NCBI GenBank assembly: GCA_035387945.1
Contig: DAOOOX010000003.1
Span: forward strand, 10,851-74,850
Length of the DNA: 64,000 bases
Origin: Verrucomicrobiia bacterium
Lineage (GTDB): Bacteria > Verrucomicrobiota > Verrucomicrobiia > JADLBR01
Direction of reading: 5' to 3'
Both the position numbers and the translations under genes were made by a program. A model generated the notes under the pieces. It did no database searches. It was not told where the DNA came from and worked only from the letters and a program-made list of their open reading frames with translations. Below, piece after piece: positions 33,420 to 42,429 of the stretch (positions are counted from its first letter, which is position 1; every line of letters begins with the position of its first letter).

Positions 33420-34148
33420 TCATCGCAGATGATCGCCGAGCCGCACCACCCGTGCCCCGGGTGCAGCCCGCGACACAACGGCCCGCCCGAGGTTCACCCA
33501 TCGCCCGCATCGGTCCAGGATCGCGCTGTCCGCCGTCGCCGCGACCGCCTCGCCCTTGGCCAAGACGGCGTCCGGATCGACCACCAGTTCCACCCGCCAC
33601 GGCCATTGCCGGGCCGCCGCGGTCTCTCGCAGCAGGCACGCCAGTTTTCCGCTGTTGGAGACCGGCCGATCCAGCAGCCAGTGGATGTCTCGCGCCCCCG
33701 TCGCCTCTAGCACGCGACCGATCCATTCCACGGCAGACGCAGTCTCTTCCACCCAATGAAACCGCCCGCCCATGCTCGCCATATCCCGGTAGCAGCCGTC
33801 GCGACCCTCGAGCAACACCCCCCCAGCCAGCGCCGCCTCCACCGTCGTCAGCACATTGTACCCATCCACCTGCACCGCGGCGCCGGCAAGATCCCCGATC
33901 GCCACCTCGTGCCCCCGGCGCGAGGCCATCGCATCATCGGAACACGCGCATCGCATGACGGCCGCCCGCTGCCGGTCCGTGAGCGCATATCGATCCCCGA
34001 CCAGCTTCACCGAGGACGTCTGCGCGTACCCCCGCGAGTACAGCCAGCACAGATCCGCCACCGCCTCGCGCAATACGCGTACCGCCTCCGGCGCGAACGC
34101 CCGCGCATCGTCCGGGTGCGGGCCCCGGTGCCGTCGCCTGTCGGGCAT
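33420..34148 (-). CDS. DUF434-like plus NYN/PIN-like domain protein (predicted RNA-binding or nuclease)
   Basis: LCWLYSRGYAQTSSVKLVGDRYALTDRQR resembles DUF434; VDGYNVLTTVEAAL resembles the YacP/NYN DGYNV motif. Low-confidence family call. Confidence 0.45.
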   Translation of the reverse strand: MPDRRRHRGPHPDDARAFAPEAVRVLREAVADLCWLYSRGYAQTSSVKLVGDRYALTDRQRAAVMRCACSDDAMASRRGHEVAIGDLAGAAVQVDGYNVLTTVEAALAGGVLLEGRDGCYRDMASMGGRFHWVEETASAVEWIGRVLEATGARDIHWLLDRPVSNSGKLACLLRETAAARQWPWRVELVVDPDAVLAKGEAVAATADSAILDRCGRWVNLGRAVVSRAAPGARVVRLGDHLR

Positions 34149-34237
34149 GGATCAATATAGGCCCAAATCCATGGCGACAGAGCCGCCGGGCCTAACAGAA
34201 TCCCATTCCTTGACCGGCGGTGCAACGAACCGGCCCG

Positions 34238-36319
34238 CTACTTGGCCCCCGCCTCCAGAGCATCCACCGCCGGCGCCAGCGCGAATCTCAGATACATCGC
34301 CACACTCGGAGATCGCCTCGACGCCTTGTCCGACGCCGCGGCCAACTCCCGCTTCATCGCGCCGAGCGCGGGCCGCGCCTTCTGGCCCAGCAACTGCAGC
34401 GTCCGCGCGGCGTGCACGGCCGCATCGCCCTGTTCTCCCACCAGCGCCGCCTCCAAAACCCCGATCGCGTTGCCGTCCTCGCCCCTCTCGATCAACGCCC
34501 CCGCCGCCTCGATTCTCACCGGCACCGACACGTCCCCCAGCGCCTTAACCAATGCCACGCTCACCCCGGCATCGCCCTCGTCCCCGGCGCGCAGGCCCAC
34601 CACCGCCCAATATCGCACCGCCGCGTCCTCGTCGCGCACCAGGACCAACTGCTGCCTCGTTGCCCCCGGCCTCCCCACCAGATCCGCCGCCTCAAAGATC
34701 TTCCCCACCGGCACCTTTCCCTCCGCCGCCAGCTCGTACGGCGTCGTCCCCTGGCTCCTCGCCCGAAGGTCCGACTCCGGGATGAACCCCAGATCCCGCG
34801 TCTCCAGCACCCACGCCTTCAACCTCGTCCGCATCTGATGCAATACGGTGGCTTTTTCCGCCTCGCCCGCGAGATTCTTGACCTGATACGGATCGGCCTC
34901 GAGGTCATAAAGTTCCTCCAACGGCCGCGTCGGCGCCGTGTAGACCTGCTGCGCCGGCCCCAGCTTACCTTCTCGCGCCAACCGCAACAGCTCGCGGCGC
35001 ATCGGTGATTGATCGGAGAAGCCTTCGGGTGCCGCGTGCGAGAGATGCGGATAGAAATTCCGCGCGTACAGGAATCGCGCGTCCCGAACACAGCGCACCG
35101 TGTCGATCGCTTCGTCCACCCGGTCCCGCGCACCCACGAAAAAATCCGGCCCGCCGGCCCCATCCTTCCCGAGGAACGCCCGCCCCTGCATGTAATCGGG
35201 CGCCGGCAGCCCGGCCAGCGCCAGCACCGTCGGCGCAAAATCCACGAAACTCACGAACCGGTCCACGGTCGAACCCGGCGCCGCGGGCGCAAGGCGCGCG
35301 TACTTCTCGGGAAACCGCACGATCAGGGGCTCCCTCAGCCCGGTGTCCAGCGCCAGCCGCTTATGCCGCGGCATCCCGGCCCCGTTATCACCATAGAAGA
35401 AAACGATGGTTTCGCCCGCCACGCCGTCCTCCTCCAGCTCGCGCAACAACCTCGCCACGTGCTCTTGATCCATCAATGTGATGTTGTCCGCATACCGCGC
35501 CAGCATCTTGCGCACCTCCTGCGTGTCCGGGTAATACGGCGGCACCGGCGCCTTCGCCGGATCGTGCCGCTTCGCAGGCGCCAACTTCGCCAGCCGCTTC
35601 CGCGCCTTCTCCTCCGGCTCGATCGTCGTCGGCGCCTGATGTGTCCCCATATAGTTGAACACGGCAAAAAACGGCTGCCCCGCCTTGCGCCCCCGCCAGT
35701 GCGCCGTGCGGCTGCAGTCGTCCCACGACGCCGCGATGATCGCCCCCTCCCGGCTCGTGTTGTAATCCGTCTTCACGTTGTTGGAGCAATAGTATCCCGC
35801 CCGCCTGAGGTACGACGGGAATCCCTCCATCCGCTCCGGAATCGGAAAATCCGACCGGAGGTGCGGCGTGCCCAGCGTCGTCGCGTAAACGCCAGTGATC
35901 AGGCAGGACCGCGCAGGCGAGCACGCGGGCGCGGGCGCGAAGGCGCGCGTGTACCTCACCCCCTCCGCCGCCATCTTGTCCAAGTTCGGCGTGATGGCAT
36001 ACGCGGTCCCGTAGCACCGCAGGTCCGGGCCAATATCCTCCGTCGTTATCCAGAGAATATTGGGGTTCTCCCCCGCGACCACCACGCCGGCCGCCGCCAC
36101 GCACAGCAACAAAGACGCGGATAGGATCGAGACGAACTCCACCCTGGATCGTGATCGGCACGCCCCACGATTGTCTGCGGCCACCGATGTCGCCGAGCGC
36201 ATCAACTGATCCGCGATGCAACGGCCCTTCACCGATTTGGGCAGATGATCCACCAGCCGCGTGACCCGCAGCGCAAACGCCTTCGTTCGATCCTTCAGTT
36301 CGTTCCTATCCATGGCCAA
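34238..36319 (-). CDS. arylsulfatase-family sulfatase with C-terminal HEAT repeats; the N-terminal ~65 aa resemble a four-helix-bundle (TIGR02436 / 23S rRNA IVS) protein
   Basis: Sulfatase signature PACSPARSCLITG (C-x-P-x-R), NILWITTEDIG. C-terminal HEAT/PBS-lyase-like repeats (DAAVRYWAVVGLRA..., VPVRIEAAGALI...). The N-terminus KAFALRVTRLVDHLPK...IADQLMRSATSVAADN matches the four-helix-bundle family. Confidence 0.85.
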   Translation of the reverse strand: MAMDRNELKDRTKAFALRVTRLVDHLPKSVKGRCIADQLMRSATSVAADNRGACRSRSRVEFVSILSASLLLCVAAAGVVVAGENPNILWITTEDIGPDLRCYGTAYAITPNLDKMAAEGVRYTRAFAPAPACSPARSCLITGVYATTLGTPHLRSDFPIPERMEGFPSYLRRAGYYCSNNVKTDYNTSREGAIIAASWDDCSRTAHWRGRKAGQPFFAVFNYMGTHQAPTTIEPEEKARKRLAKLAPAKRHDPAKAPVPPYYPDTQEVRKMLARYADNITLMDQEHVARLLRELEEDGVAGETIVFFYGDNGAGMPRHKRLALDTGLREPLIVRFPEKYARLAPAAPGSTVDRFVSFVDFAPTVLALAGLPAPDYMQGRAFLGKDGAGGPDFFVGARDRVDEAIDTVRCVRDARFLYARNFYPHLSHAAPEGFSDQSPMRRELLRLAREGKLGPAQQVYTAPTRPLEELYDLEADPYQVKNLAGEAEKATVLHQMRTRLKAWVLETRDLGFIPESDLRARSQGTTPYELAAEGKVPVGKIFEAADLVGRPGATRQQLVLVRDEDAAVRYWAVVGLRAGDEGDAGVSVALVKALGDVSVPVRIEAAGALIERGEDGNAIGVLEAALVGEQGDAAVHAARTLQLLGQKARPALGAMKRELAAASDKASRRSPSVAMYLRFALAPAVDALEAGAK

Positions 36320-36449
36320 ATGCTCGATCTTCCATCGGCAGTCGGCAATCGAAAATCAACAGTGCGCAGTCGCCGCACCAGATGCGCGCAAAACCGAAAG
36401 TCGGATCCCCGCAGATCAGGAACCGGTTGACCGCCACCGAAGAGTCGAG

Positions 36450-36827
36450 ATGGCCTTTGCCTCACATCTCGCCATTGTGGTGGACGACACCGACGCGACC
36501 GATCCCGTGCGCATCGACCCCACCTTCAGCGATGAGGATTGGATCAGAATGGGACGCGTGCCCGGTGCTGATGACAGTGTCAATCCTGCGGTTGTGGATA
36601 GTCCAGGCAATCTGTACGTCGGCGGTAGTTTCATCATAGTTGGCGAGGCAATCGCGAACTGCGTCGCAAAATGGAATGGCACCCAGTGGTCGCCCCTGGG
36701 CTCCGGGATGACCGATTGGATTTCTGCGCTGGCGGTGTCGGGCGCCGACCTATACGCGGGGGGCGAGTTCACCACCGCGGGAGCACACTCCCGATGTCGC
36801 CAGTTGTCAGGCAACGATCCAGAATGA
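36450..36827 (+). pseudogene. truncated remnant (~1.5 blades) of a DUF5122-type beta-propeller repeat protein
   Basis: GNLYVGGSFIIVGEAIANCVAKWNGTQWSPLGSGMTDWISALAVSGADLYAGGEFTTAG is the tandem blade motif of large PVC beta-propeller proteins. Only 125 aa; no upstream domains. Confidence 0.45.
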
Positions 36828-36966
36828 CCGCCTCCCACACACCGGCCCAGGTCTCGTTTCGTTTGAGGCAATTCGGAGTCGCTAGGGCGTTTGAGCTTAT
36901 GCTTGAAACGCGGGCCATTACCCGCTACGCGTGCATCATTAAACGGGACTATACGAATTACGAAAC

Positions 36967-37653
36967 ATGAAGAATCTTAAAACGCAGATGGCTCTGGCAG
37001 GAGCATTGTTCTTTTCCGTTGCGTGCCTGCACGCGCAAAAGATCACCGTCAAGTCGGGTTCATTGGATTTCCTGAAAGGCGAGAAATCACTGAACGTAGA
37101 ATACAGGTACGCCAACCTGACCGTGGGCAAGGATACCGAGCAGTCCTACACCAACAAAAAAGTGGCTGAGTATAACGCGAAAGAAGCGGGCAAAGGTGAC
37201 AAGTGGCTCGAAAGCTGGAAAGCTGATCGGGCCAACCGTTTCGAACCCAAATTCGAGGAGTTAATCAACAAGCAGATTACCGATCAAGGATGCTCCCTAA
37301 AAGTCGGCAAGGACCCCGAAGCCAAGTACACCCTAGTGCTAAAGACCATCGCCATCGAACCCGGTTGGAACGCCGCCGTGATGCGCGCTCCCGCGTCGGT
37401 GAGCACCCAAGCGCAGTTCGTGGAAACCAATGACCGCGCCAAAGAACTTGCGGTGGTTGAAATCCTCAAAGCGCCGGGCCGCGATGTGATAGGCTATGAT
37501 TTTGATGTGGCCTACCGGATTCAGGAAGGATACGCGAAAACCGGCAAGGCACTGGGTGTCTACCTCAGCAAGAATGTTCTCAAATCGAACCCTGCGCGAT
37601 CGCCGATACCTCCGAAATCAAGTCCGGCACGGCCATCTGCGAGATCACGCTGA
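36967..37653 (+). CDS. secreted hypothetical protein encoded on a low-GC (~50%) islet; probable horizontally acquired gene. The 3' end may be frameshifted.
   Basis: Signal peptide MKNLKTQMALAGALFFSVACLHAQ. Lys-rich, AT-richer codon usage unlike the flanks. GC rises and the sequence turns Pro/Ser/Arg-rich after ~37590. Confidence 0.55.
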   Translation: MKNLKTQMALAGALFFSVACLHAQKITVKSGSLDFLKGEKSLNVEYRYANLTVGKDTEQSYTNKKVAEYNAKEAGKGDKWLESWKADRANRFEPKFEELINKQITDQGCSLKVGKDPEAKYTLVLKTIAIEPGWNAAVMRAPASVSTQAQFVETNDRAKELAVVEILKAPGRDVIGYDFDVAYRIQEGYAKTGKALGVYLSKNVLKSNPARSPIPPKSSPARPSARSR

Positions 37654-37800
37654 GGCGGAATTTGCCTTCTGCGGCCATGCGGGCAGGCCCTCCATTGCCA
37701 TCCGATGTGTGACCAGCCGCGCCTGCCCCGATCTTCGCGCCATCCCGCAACACGGCCCTGTTGGATGTCGATTGTTGGGAGCCGAATCCAAAACATCCCC

Positions 37801-38964
37801 TCATCTCCCCCCGCATTTCCTCCGGAACTCCAGCGGCGTCATCCCACGCTCGCGACGGAAATACCGCGCCACGTGCTCCACGCCCTCAAAACCCAGCTCT
37901 AGCGCAATCTGCGACACCGTCAGATTCGTCTCCGCCAACATGCGCGCGATCCGTTCCACGCGGACCCGCCGGATCTCCGCAAGGACCGAGCGCCCCAGCC
38001 GCATCCGGAACCTCTTTTCTAACACCCGCCGCGATAGGCCCGACGCCCTGGCCACCTCATCAACCCGCATCGCCGATGCCCCCCCCTGCCGGATGAAGCG
38101 AAGTCCCTTTACCAGCTGCTCATCGTCCATCGCCAGTACATCGGTGGACTGCCGGGGCACCACCCCCGAGGCCCGAACCACGATTCTCTGCCCGCCCGCA
38201 AGTCGCCCCGCCATCATCCGGTGAAGCACCCGCGCGCTCTCGTAGCCGGCGCGCTCGAATCCGATCGCGACGCTGCTGAGCGGCGGGTCCGATAGCTCGC
38301 ACACCAGCTCGTCATTGTCTGCCCCAAGCACCGCCACCTCGTCCGGCACCCGCAACCCCGCCAACTTGCATGCCTCGATCACACGCTCGCCAACGTCATC
38401 ATTGCATGCCATCACCCCCACCGGCTTCGGCAGCCCCTCCAGCCAGCGCGCCATCCGCCGCTGCTCGGCCCCACCCTGCCCCTCCCCCCTTTGCCCACGA
38501 GAACCAAACTCGTGCACCCGAAAACCCGCCCCCTCCACCGACCCCCGAAAGCTCTCGCCCCTCGATTCTGACCATGGCGCACCCGGCAGCCCGCAGTAGG
38601 CGAACTCGCGAAATCCCCGCTCGAGAAGATGCCCTGCCCCCATCCTCCCGATCGCCGCCGAATCGGTGATCACGTTCGCCACACCGGGCACCGCCTCATG
38701 CCTGTGCCCAAACACCACCACCGGCAGCCCCCGGCGCATCACTTCCCGCACTGGCTCCGTGTCCCTCGCTATCACCCCGTCAGCCGATAAACCCCGCATC
38801 CGCGGCCGCGCCTTTTCCAACCCCCCCGGCTCCCACAGAAATGCCCACGGCCCGTGATGTCGCGCGTAGTCCGCCACTCCCCGCAGCAACGCCCTTCCCG
38901 AAGATCGCGAGGACTCGATCAACAGCACCACCAGCGGGATCCTCCTGCCGCCCCTTCGCGCCAT
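37801..38964 (-). CDS. XylR-like AraC-family transcriptional regulator (periplasmic-binding-protein-like sensor plus AraC HTH)
   Basis: N-terminal PBP-like domain (VVLLIESSRSSGRALLRGV...VGVMACNDDVGERV), C-terminal AraC HTH (VSQIALELGFEGVEHVARYFRRERGMTPLEFRRK). Confidence 0.8.
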   Translation of the reverse strand: MARRGGRRIPLVVLLIESSRSSGRALLRGVADYARHHGPWAFLWEPGGLEKARPRMRGLSADGVIARDTEPVREVMRRGLPVVVFGHRHEAVPGVANVITDSAAIGRMGAGHLLERGFREFAYCGLPGAPWSESRGESFRGSVEGAGFRVHEFGSRGQRGEGQGGAEQRRMARWLEGLPKPVGVMACNDDVGERVIEACKLAGLRVPDEVAVLGADNDELVCELSDPPLSSVAIGFERAGYESARVLHRMMAGRLAGGQRIVVRASGVVPRQSTDVLAMDDEQLVKGLRFIRQGGASAMRVDEVARASGLSRRVLEKRFRMRLGRSVLAEIRRVRVERIARMLAETNLTVSQIALELGFEGVEHVARYFRRERGMTPLEFRRKCGGR

Positions 38965-39189
38965 GGCCCCAGGCTGCCCCTAATTCGCAAAATGGCGATT
39001 CTTTTCACCAAAACGCAATTCGCTCACCCGATCTGGCCGGCACCCCGTTGAAGAACGCCATAGATTCCCCTTATTCCGCACGCGGCCCGATTCGAACGAA
39101 CCCAAAGCCCTGCCCAGCGACCCACGAGACCTCCGATTCTGTTTGACCATGTCCTAAACCAGCCGAAAATTGCGATTAGATTAATAAAT

Positions 39190-41016
39190 ATGGGCTTGCT
39201 CAATCCGGTCCCTGCCGACCGTAGAGGTTGCCGTGTATCCCGGCGCGCGCTCCCAGTGCGATTTCGCGTCAGTGCCACAGCGTTTATCCTTCTGGCCGTT
39301 CATCTTGCGACCGCCACGGCGAATCCGTATGAAGCCGACGCGACCCTGATGCCCAAGGGCAAAATCGACCAGTTCGTCTTTGCAAATCTCAGGAGGCTTA
39401 ACATCCAACCGGCCAACCCATGCTCCGATGCCGTCTTCGTCCGCCGCGCGTACCTCGATGTGATCGGTACCCTGCCCACCGCCAAAGAGACCGAGGAATT
39501 CTTGCGCAGCGAGAACCACGACAAGCGCGCGGCCCTAATCGATCAACTCCTCGATCGCCCCGAATTCGCGGATTACTGGGCGATGAGGTGGAGCGACGTG
39601 CTCCGCGTCAGGGCGGAGTTCCCAATTAACCTCTGGCCAAACGCGGCCCAGGCGTATCACCGGTGGATCCGAGACAGCATCCGCGACAACATGCCCTACG
39701 ACCGGTTCGTGCGCGAAATGCTCACCGCAAACGGCAGCAACTTCCGCGTCGGCCAGGTCAACTTCTACCGCGCCGTCCAAAACAAAACTCCCACCGGAGT
39801 CGCCGAGGCCGTCGCCCTCACTTTCATGGGTACCCGCGCCGATAAATGGCCAAAAGACAAATTGGCCGAAATGGCGGAGTTCTTCTCCAAGATCACCTAC
39901 AAGCCCACAGGCGAATGGAAGGAGGAAATCGTCTTTTTCGATTCCCGCAAGGACCCAGACGCGCCAACCAACGCCGCCCCCCAAACGGCCGCCGAGCCCG
40001 CGACTAATGTAACGATCACCGTCGCGGCCCCACCCCCGCCCACCGAACCCATCAGGACCAATTTCCCGGATGGGATGCCCGCCCGAATCGGGCCCGACCA
40101 AGACCCCCGCGTCGTCTTCGCCAACTGGCTGATCACGCCAAAGAATCCCTGGTTTGCGCGAGCCGCCGTCAACCGTACCTGGGCGTGGCTGCTGGGCCGC
40201 GGGATCATTCACGAGCCGGACGATATTCGGCCGGACAACAAGCCGGTGAGCCCGGAGCTGCTGGACTATCTCGAAAAGGAACTCGCGGCCAACAAATACG
40301 ATCTGAAACACATCATGCGGCTCATCATGAATTCGCAGGTCTATCAGCTCTCGTCCGTCCCGAAAAAGGATACCCCCGAGGCCCGCGCCAATTTCGCCTG
40401 CTATCCCCTCCGGCGGCTGGAGGCGGAGGTCCTCATCGATGCCCTCAACCAGATCACGGGCACGACGGAAACGTATTCCAGCCCCGTCCCCGAACCTTTC
40501 ACGTTCATCCCCGAAGACCAGCGATCCATCGCGCTGCCTGACTCCAGCATCACCAGCTCGTTCCTCGAGATGTTCGGACGGCCCGCGCGCGACACGGGCC
40601 TGCAGTCCGAGCGCGCCAGCGCCCCGACGACCGACCAGCGGCTGTATCTCCTGAACTCCAGCCACATCCAGGACAAGATTGTCAACAGCCCCAAGCTAAG
40701 GACCCTATTCCAGGCCGCCGACCCCGCGCGGGCTCGCAAGTTTTCTAAATCCGACCGGCCCAACAGGCGCGACAGATCCGAAAAGGGCGCCAAAGCGTCG
40801 AACAGGGGACGCGACGCCGAGGACGACGCCCCCAGCGCAGCCAAACCGGCGGAGTTCGCGGAAGCCCTCTATCTCACGATCCTTTCGCGGTTCCCGACGC
40901 CAAAGGAGTTGGAGACCGTGGCCGAATACGCCAAGACCAGTTCCTCCAGGTACGATGTCGCGGTTGACCTCGCCTGGGCCCTGATCAACAACCCCGAGTT
41001 CCTGTATCGCCACTGA
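39190..41016 (+). CDS. DUF1549 (PSD1) + DUF1553 domain protein
   Basis: VFVRRAYLDVIGTLPTAKETEEF...DYWAMRWSDVLRV (DUF1549), AVNRTWAWLLGRGII (DUF1553). It precedes a DUF1501 gene, which is the typical PVC arrangement. Confidence 0.85.
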   Translation: MGLLNPVPADRRGCRVSRRALPVRFRVSATAFILLAVHLATATANPYEADATLMPKGKIDQFVFANLRRLNIQPANPCSDAVFVRRAYLDVIGTLPTAKETEEFLRSENHDKRAALIDQLLDRPEFADYWAMRWSDVLRVRAEFPINLWPNAAQAYHRWIRDSIRDNMPYDRFVREMLTANGSNFRVGQVNFYRAVQNKTPTGVAEAVALTFMGTRADKWPKDKLAEMAEFFSKITYKPTGEWKEEIVFFDSRKDPDAPTNAAPQTAAEPATNVTITVAAPPPPTEPIRTNFPDGMPARIGPDQDPRVVFANWLITPKNPWFARAAVNRTWAWLLGRGIIHEPDDIRPDNKPVSPELLDYLEKELAANKYDLKHIMRLIMNSQVYQLSSVPKKDTPEARANFACYPLRRLEAEVLIDALNQITGTTETYSSPVPEPFTFIPEDQRSIALPDSSITSSFLEMFGRPARDTGLQSERASAPTTDQRLYLLNSSHIQDKIVNSPKLRTLFQAADPARARKFSKSDRPNRRDRSEKGAKASNRGRDAEDDAPSAAKPAEFAEALYLTILSRFPTPKELETVAEYAKTSSSRYDVAVDLAWALINNPEFLYRH

Positions 41017-41045
41017 ACGAACGACGAGAAGAGAGAGGTATCACG

Positions 41046-42428
41046 GTGAACAACCCATACATTCCCACAAGAGGCGTGGCCCCGGACGGCCGCGCCAGCC
41101 GCATCACCCGACGCGAGGCGCTGGGGCGTGGACTCCAGGGGGCCGCCGCCCTCTTGCTGGCCGACTCATGGTCGGTTCGCGCGTTTGGCGCCCCTCAGGC
41201 TCCCCAGGTCAACCCCAAGGCGAAAGCCAAGTCCGTCATCCAGATCTGGATGTGGGGCGGCCCATGCCACCTCGATACTTTCGACCCCAAACCGGGCGCG
41301 GGCAAAGACTACTGCGGGCCGCTGGACAAACCCATCCCGACCAACGTGGACGGCATCCAGATCGGCCAGCTGTTGCCCGAACTCGCCAAGCAGGCCGATA
41401 AGTACTCGATCATCCGAAGCATGACCCATGGGAGCAACGGCCACGAGACGGCCGCGTACATGGTCCAGACCGCGCACACGCCCGGAGACGGACAGAGCTT
41501 TCCCACCGCCGGCGCCGTCGTTTCGCTCTTCAAGGGCTACGCCGGGGGCTACAAGGGCCTCATCCCACCCTATATCGTCATGACGAAACTCCAGGGCCGA
41601 TTCGCCGAGGCCGGCTTCCTCGGCTCGCGCGCCAAGCCCTTCGCCACCGGCGGCGACCCCTCCCAGAGCAAGTTCGTCGTCGAGGGCGTCGTCACCCAGG
41701 GCATCACCGAAGAGCGCCAGAAGACCCGTCGCGACCTCCTGGGCAAACTCAACACGATCGGCCAATCAATGGATCGCGACCCAGAGCTCATCACCGCCGC
41801 ACAGTGCGAAAAGCAGGCCTACGACCTGATCCTCGGCGACGCCGGCAAGGTGTTCGATGTGACCCAGGAATCGGCCGAGATCCGCGAGCGCTACGGCCGC
41901 AACAAGTTTGGGCAATCCTGCCTCGTGGCCCGGCGACTGGTCGAGCGCGGCGTGCCCTACGTCACGATCAACTTCGAGGGCTGGGACACCCATAAGGGGC
42001 ACTTCCAGATCATGACGCGCAAATTGCCCGAATTGGACAAGGGCATGGCCACCCTGCTGCAGGACCTCGCCGACCGCGGCCTCCTCGAAAGCACCATCGT
42101 CTGGTGGGGCGGCGAGTTCGGCCGCACGCCCAAGGTCCAATGGGAACCCCCGTGGAATGGCGGGCGCGGCCACTTCGGCAAGGTCTTCTCGCACGTCGTC
42201 GCCGGCGGCGGCTTCAAGGGCGGCCACGTCGTCGGCTCCTCCACCGAAACCGGCGAGGAGGTCAAGGAACGCCCCGTCTATCCGGTGGATCTCGTGGGAA
42301 GCATCTACGATCTGCTCGGCATAGACGGCGCCGCGAAATTGCCGCACCCGCAGGGACTCGACGTCGCGGTCCTCCCCGCGCTCGACGGCACCGTAAAATC
42401 AGGCGGCCGCCTGACCGAGATCATGTGA
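41046..42428 (+). CDS. DUF1501 (sulfatase-like) protein with a Tat signal
   Basis: Tat motif SRITRREALGRGLQGAAALLLA; DUF1501 core VIQIWMWGGPCHLDTFDPKP...IRSMTHGSNGHE...VVGSSTETGEE. Confidence 0.85.
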   Translation: MNNPYIPTRGVAPDGRASRITRREALGRGLQGAAALLLADSWSVRAFGAPQAPQVNPKAKAKSVIQIWMWGGPCHLDTFDPKPGAGKDYCGPLDKPIPTNVDGIQIGQLLPELAKQADKYSIIRSMTHGSNGHETAAYMVQTAHTPGDGQSFPTAGAVVSLFKGYAGGYKGLIPPYIVMTKLQGRFAEAGFLGSRAKPFATGGDPSQSKFVVEGVVTQGITEERQKTRRDLLGKLNTIGQSMDRDPELITAAQCEKQAYDLILGDAGKVFDVTQESAEIRERYGRNKFGQSCLVARRLVERGVPYVTINFEGWDTHKGHFQIMTRKLPELDKGMATLLQDLADRGLLESTIVWWGGEFGRTPKVQWEPPWNGGRGHFGKVFSHVVAGGGFKGGHVVGSSTETGEEVKERPVYPVDLVGSIYDLLGIDGAAKLPHPQGLDVAVLPALDGTVKSGGRLTEIM

Positions 42429-42429
42429 T

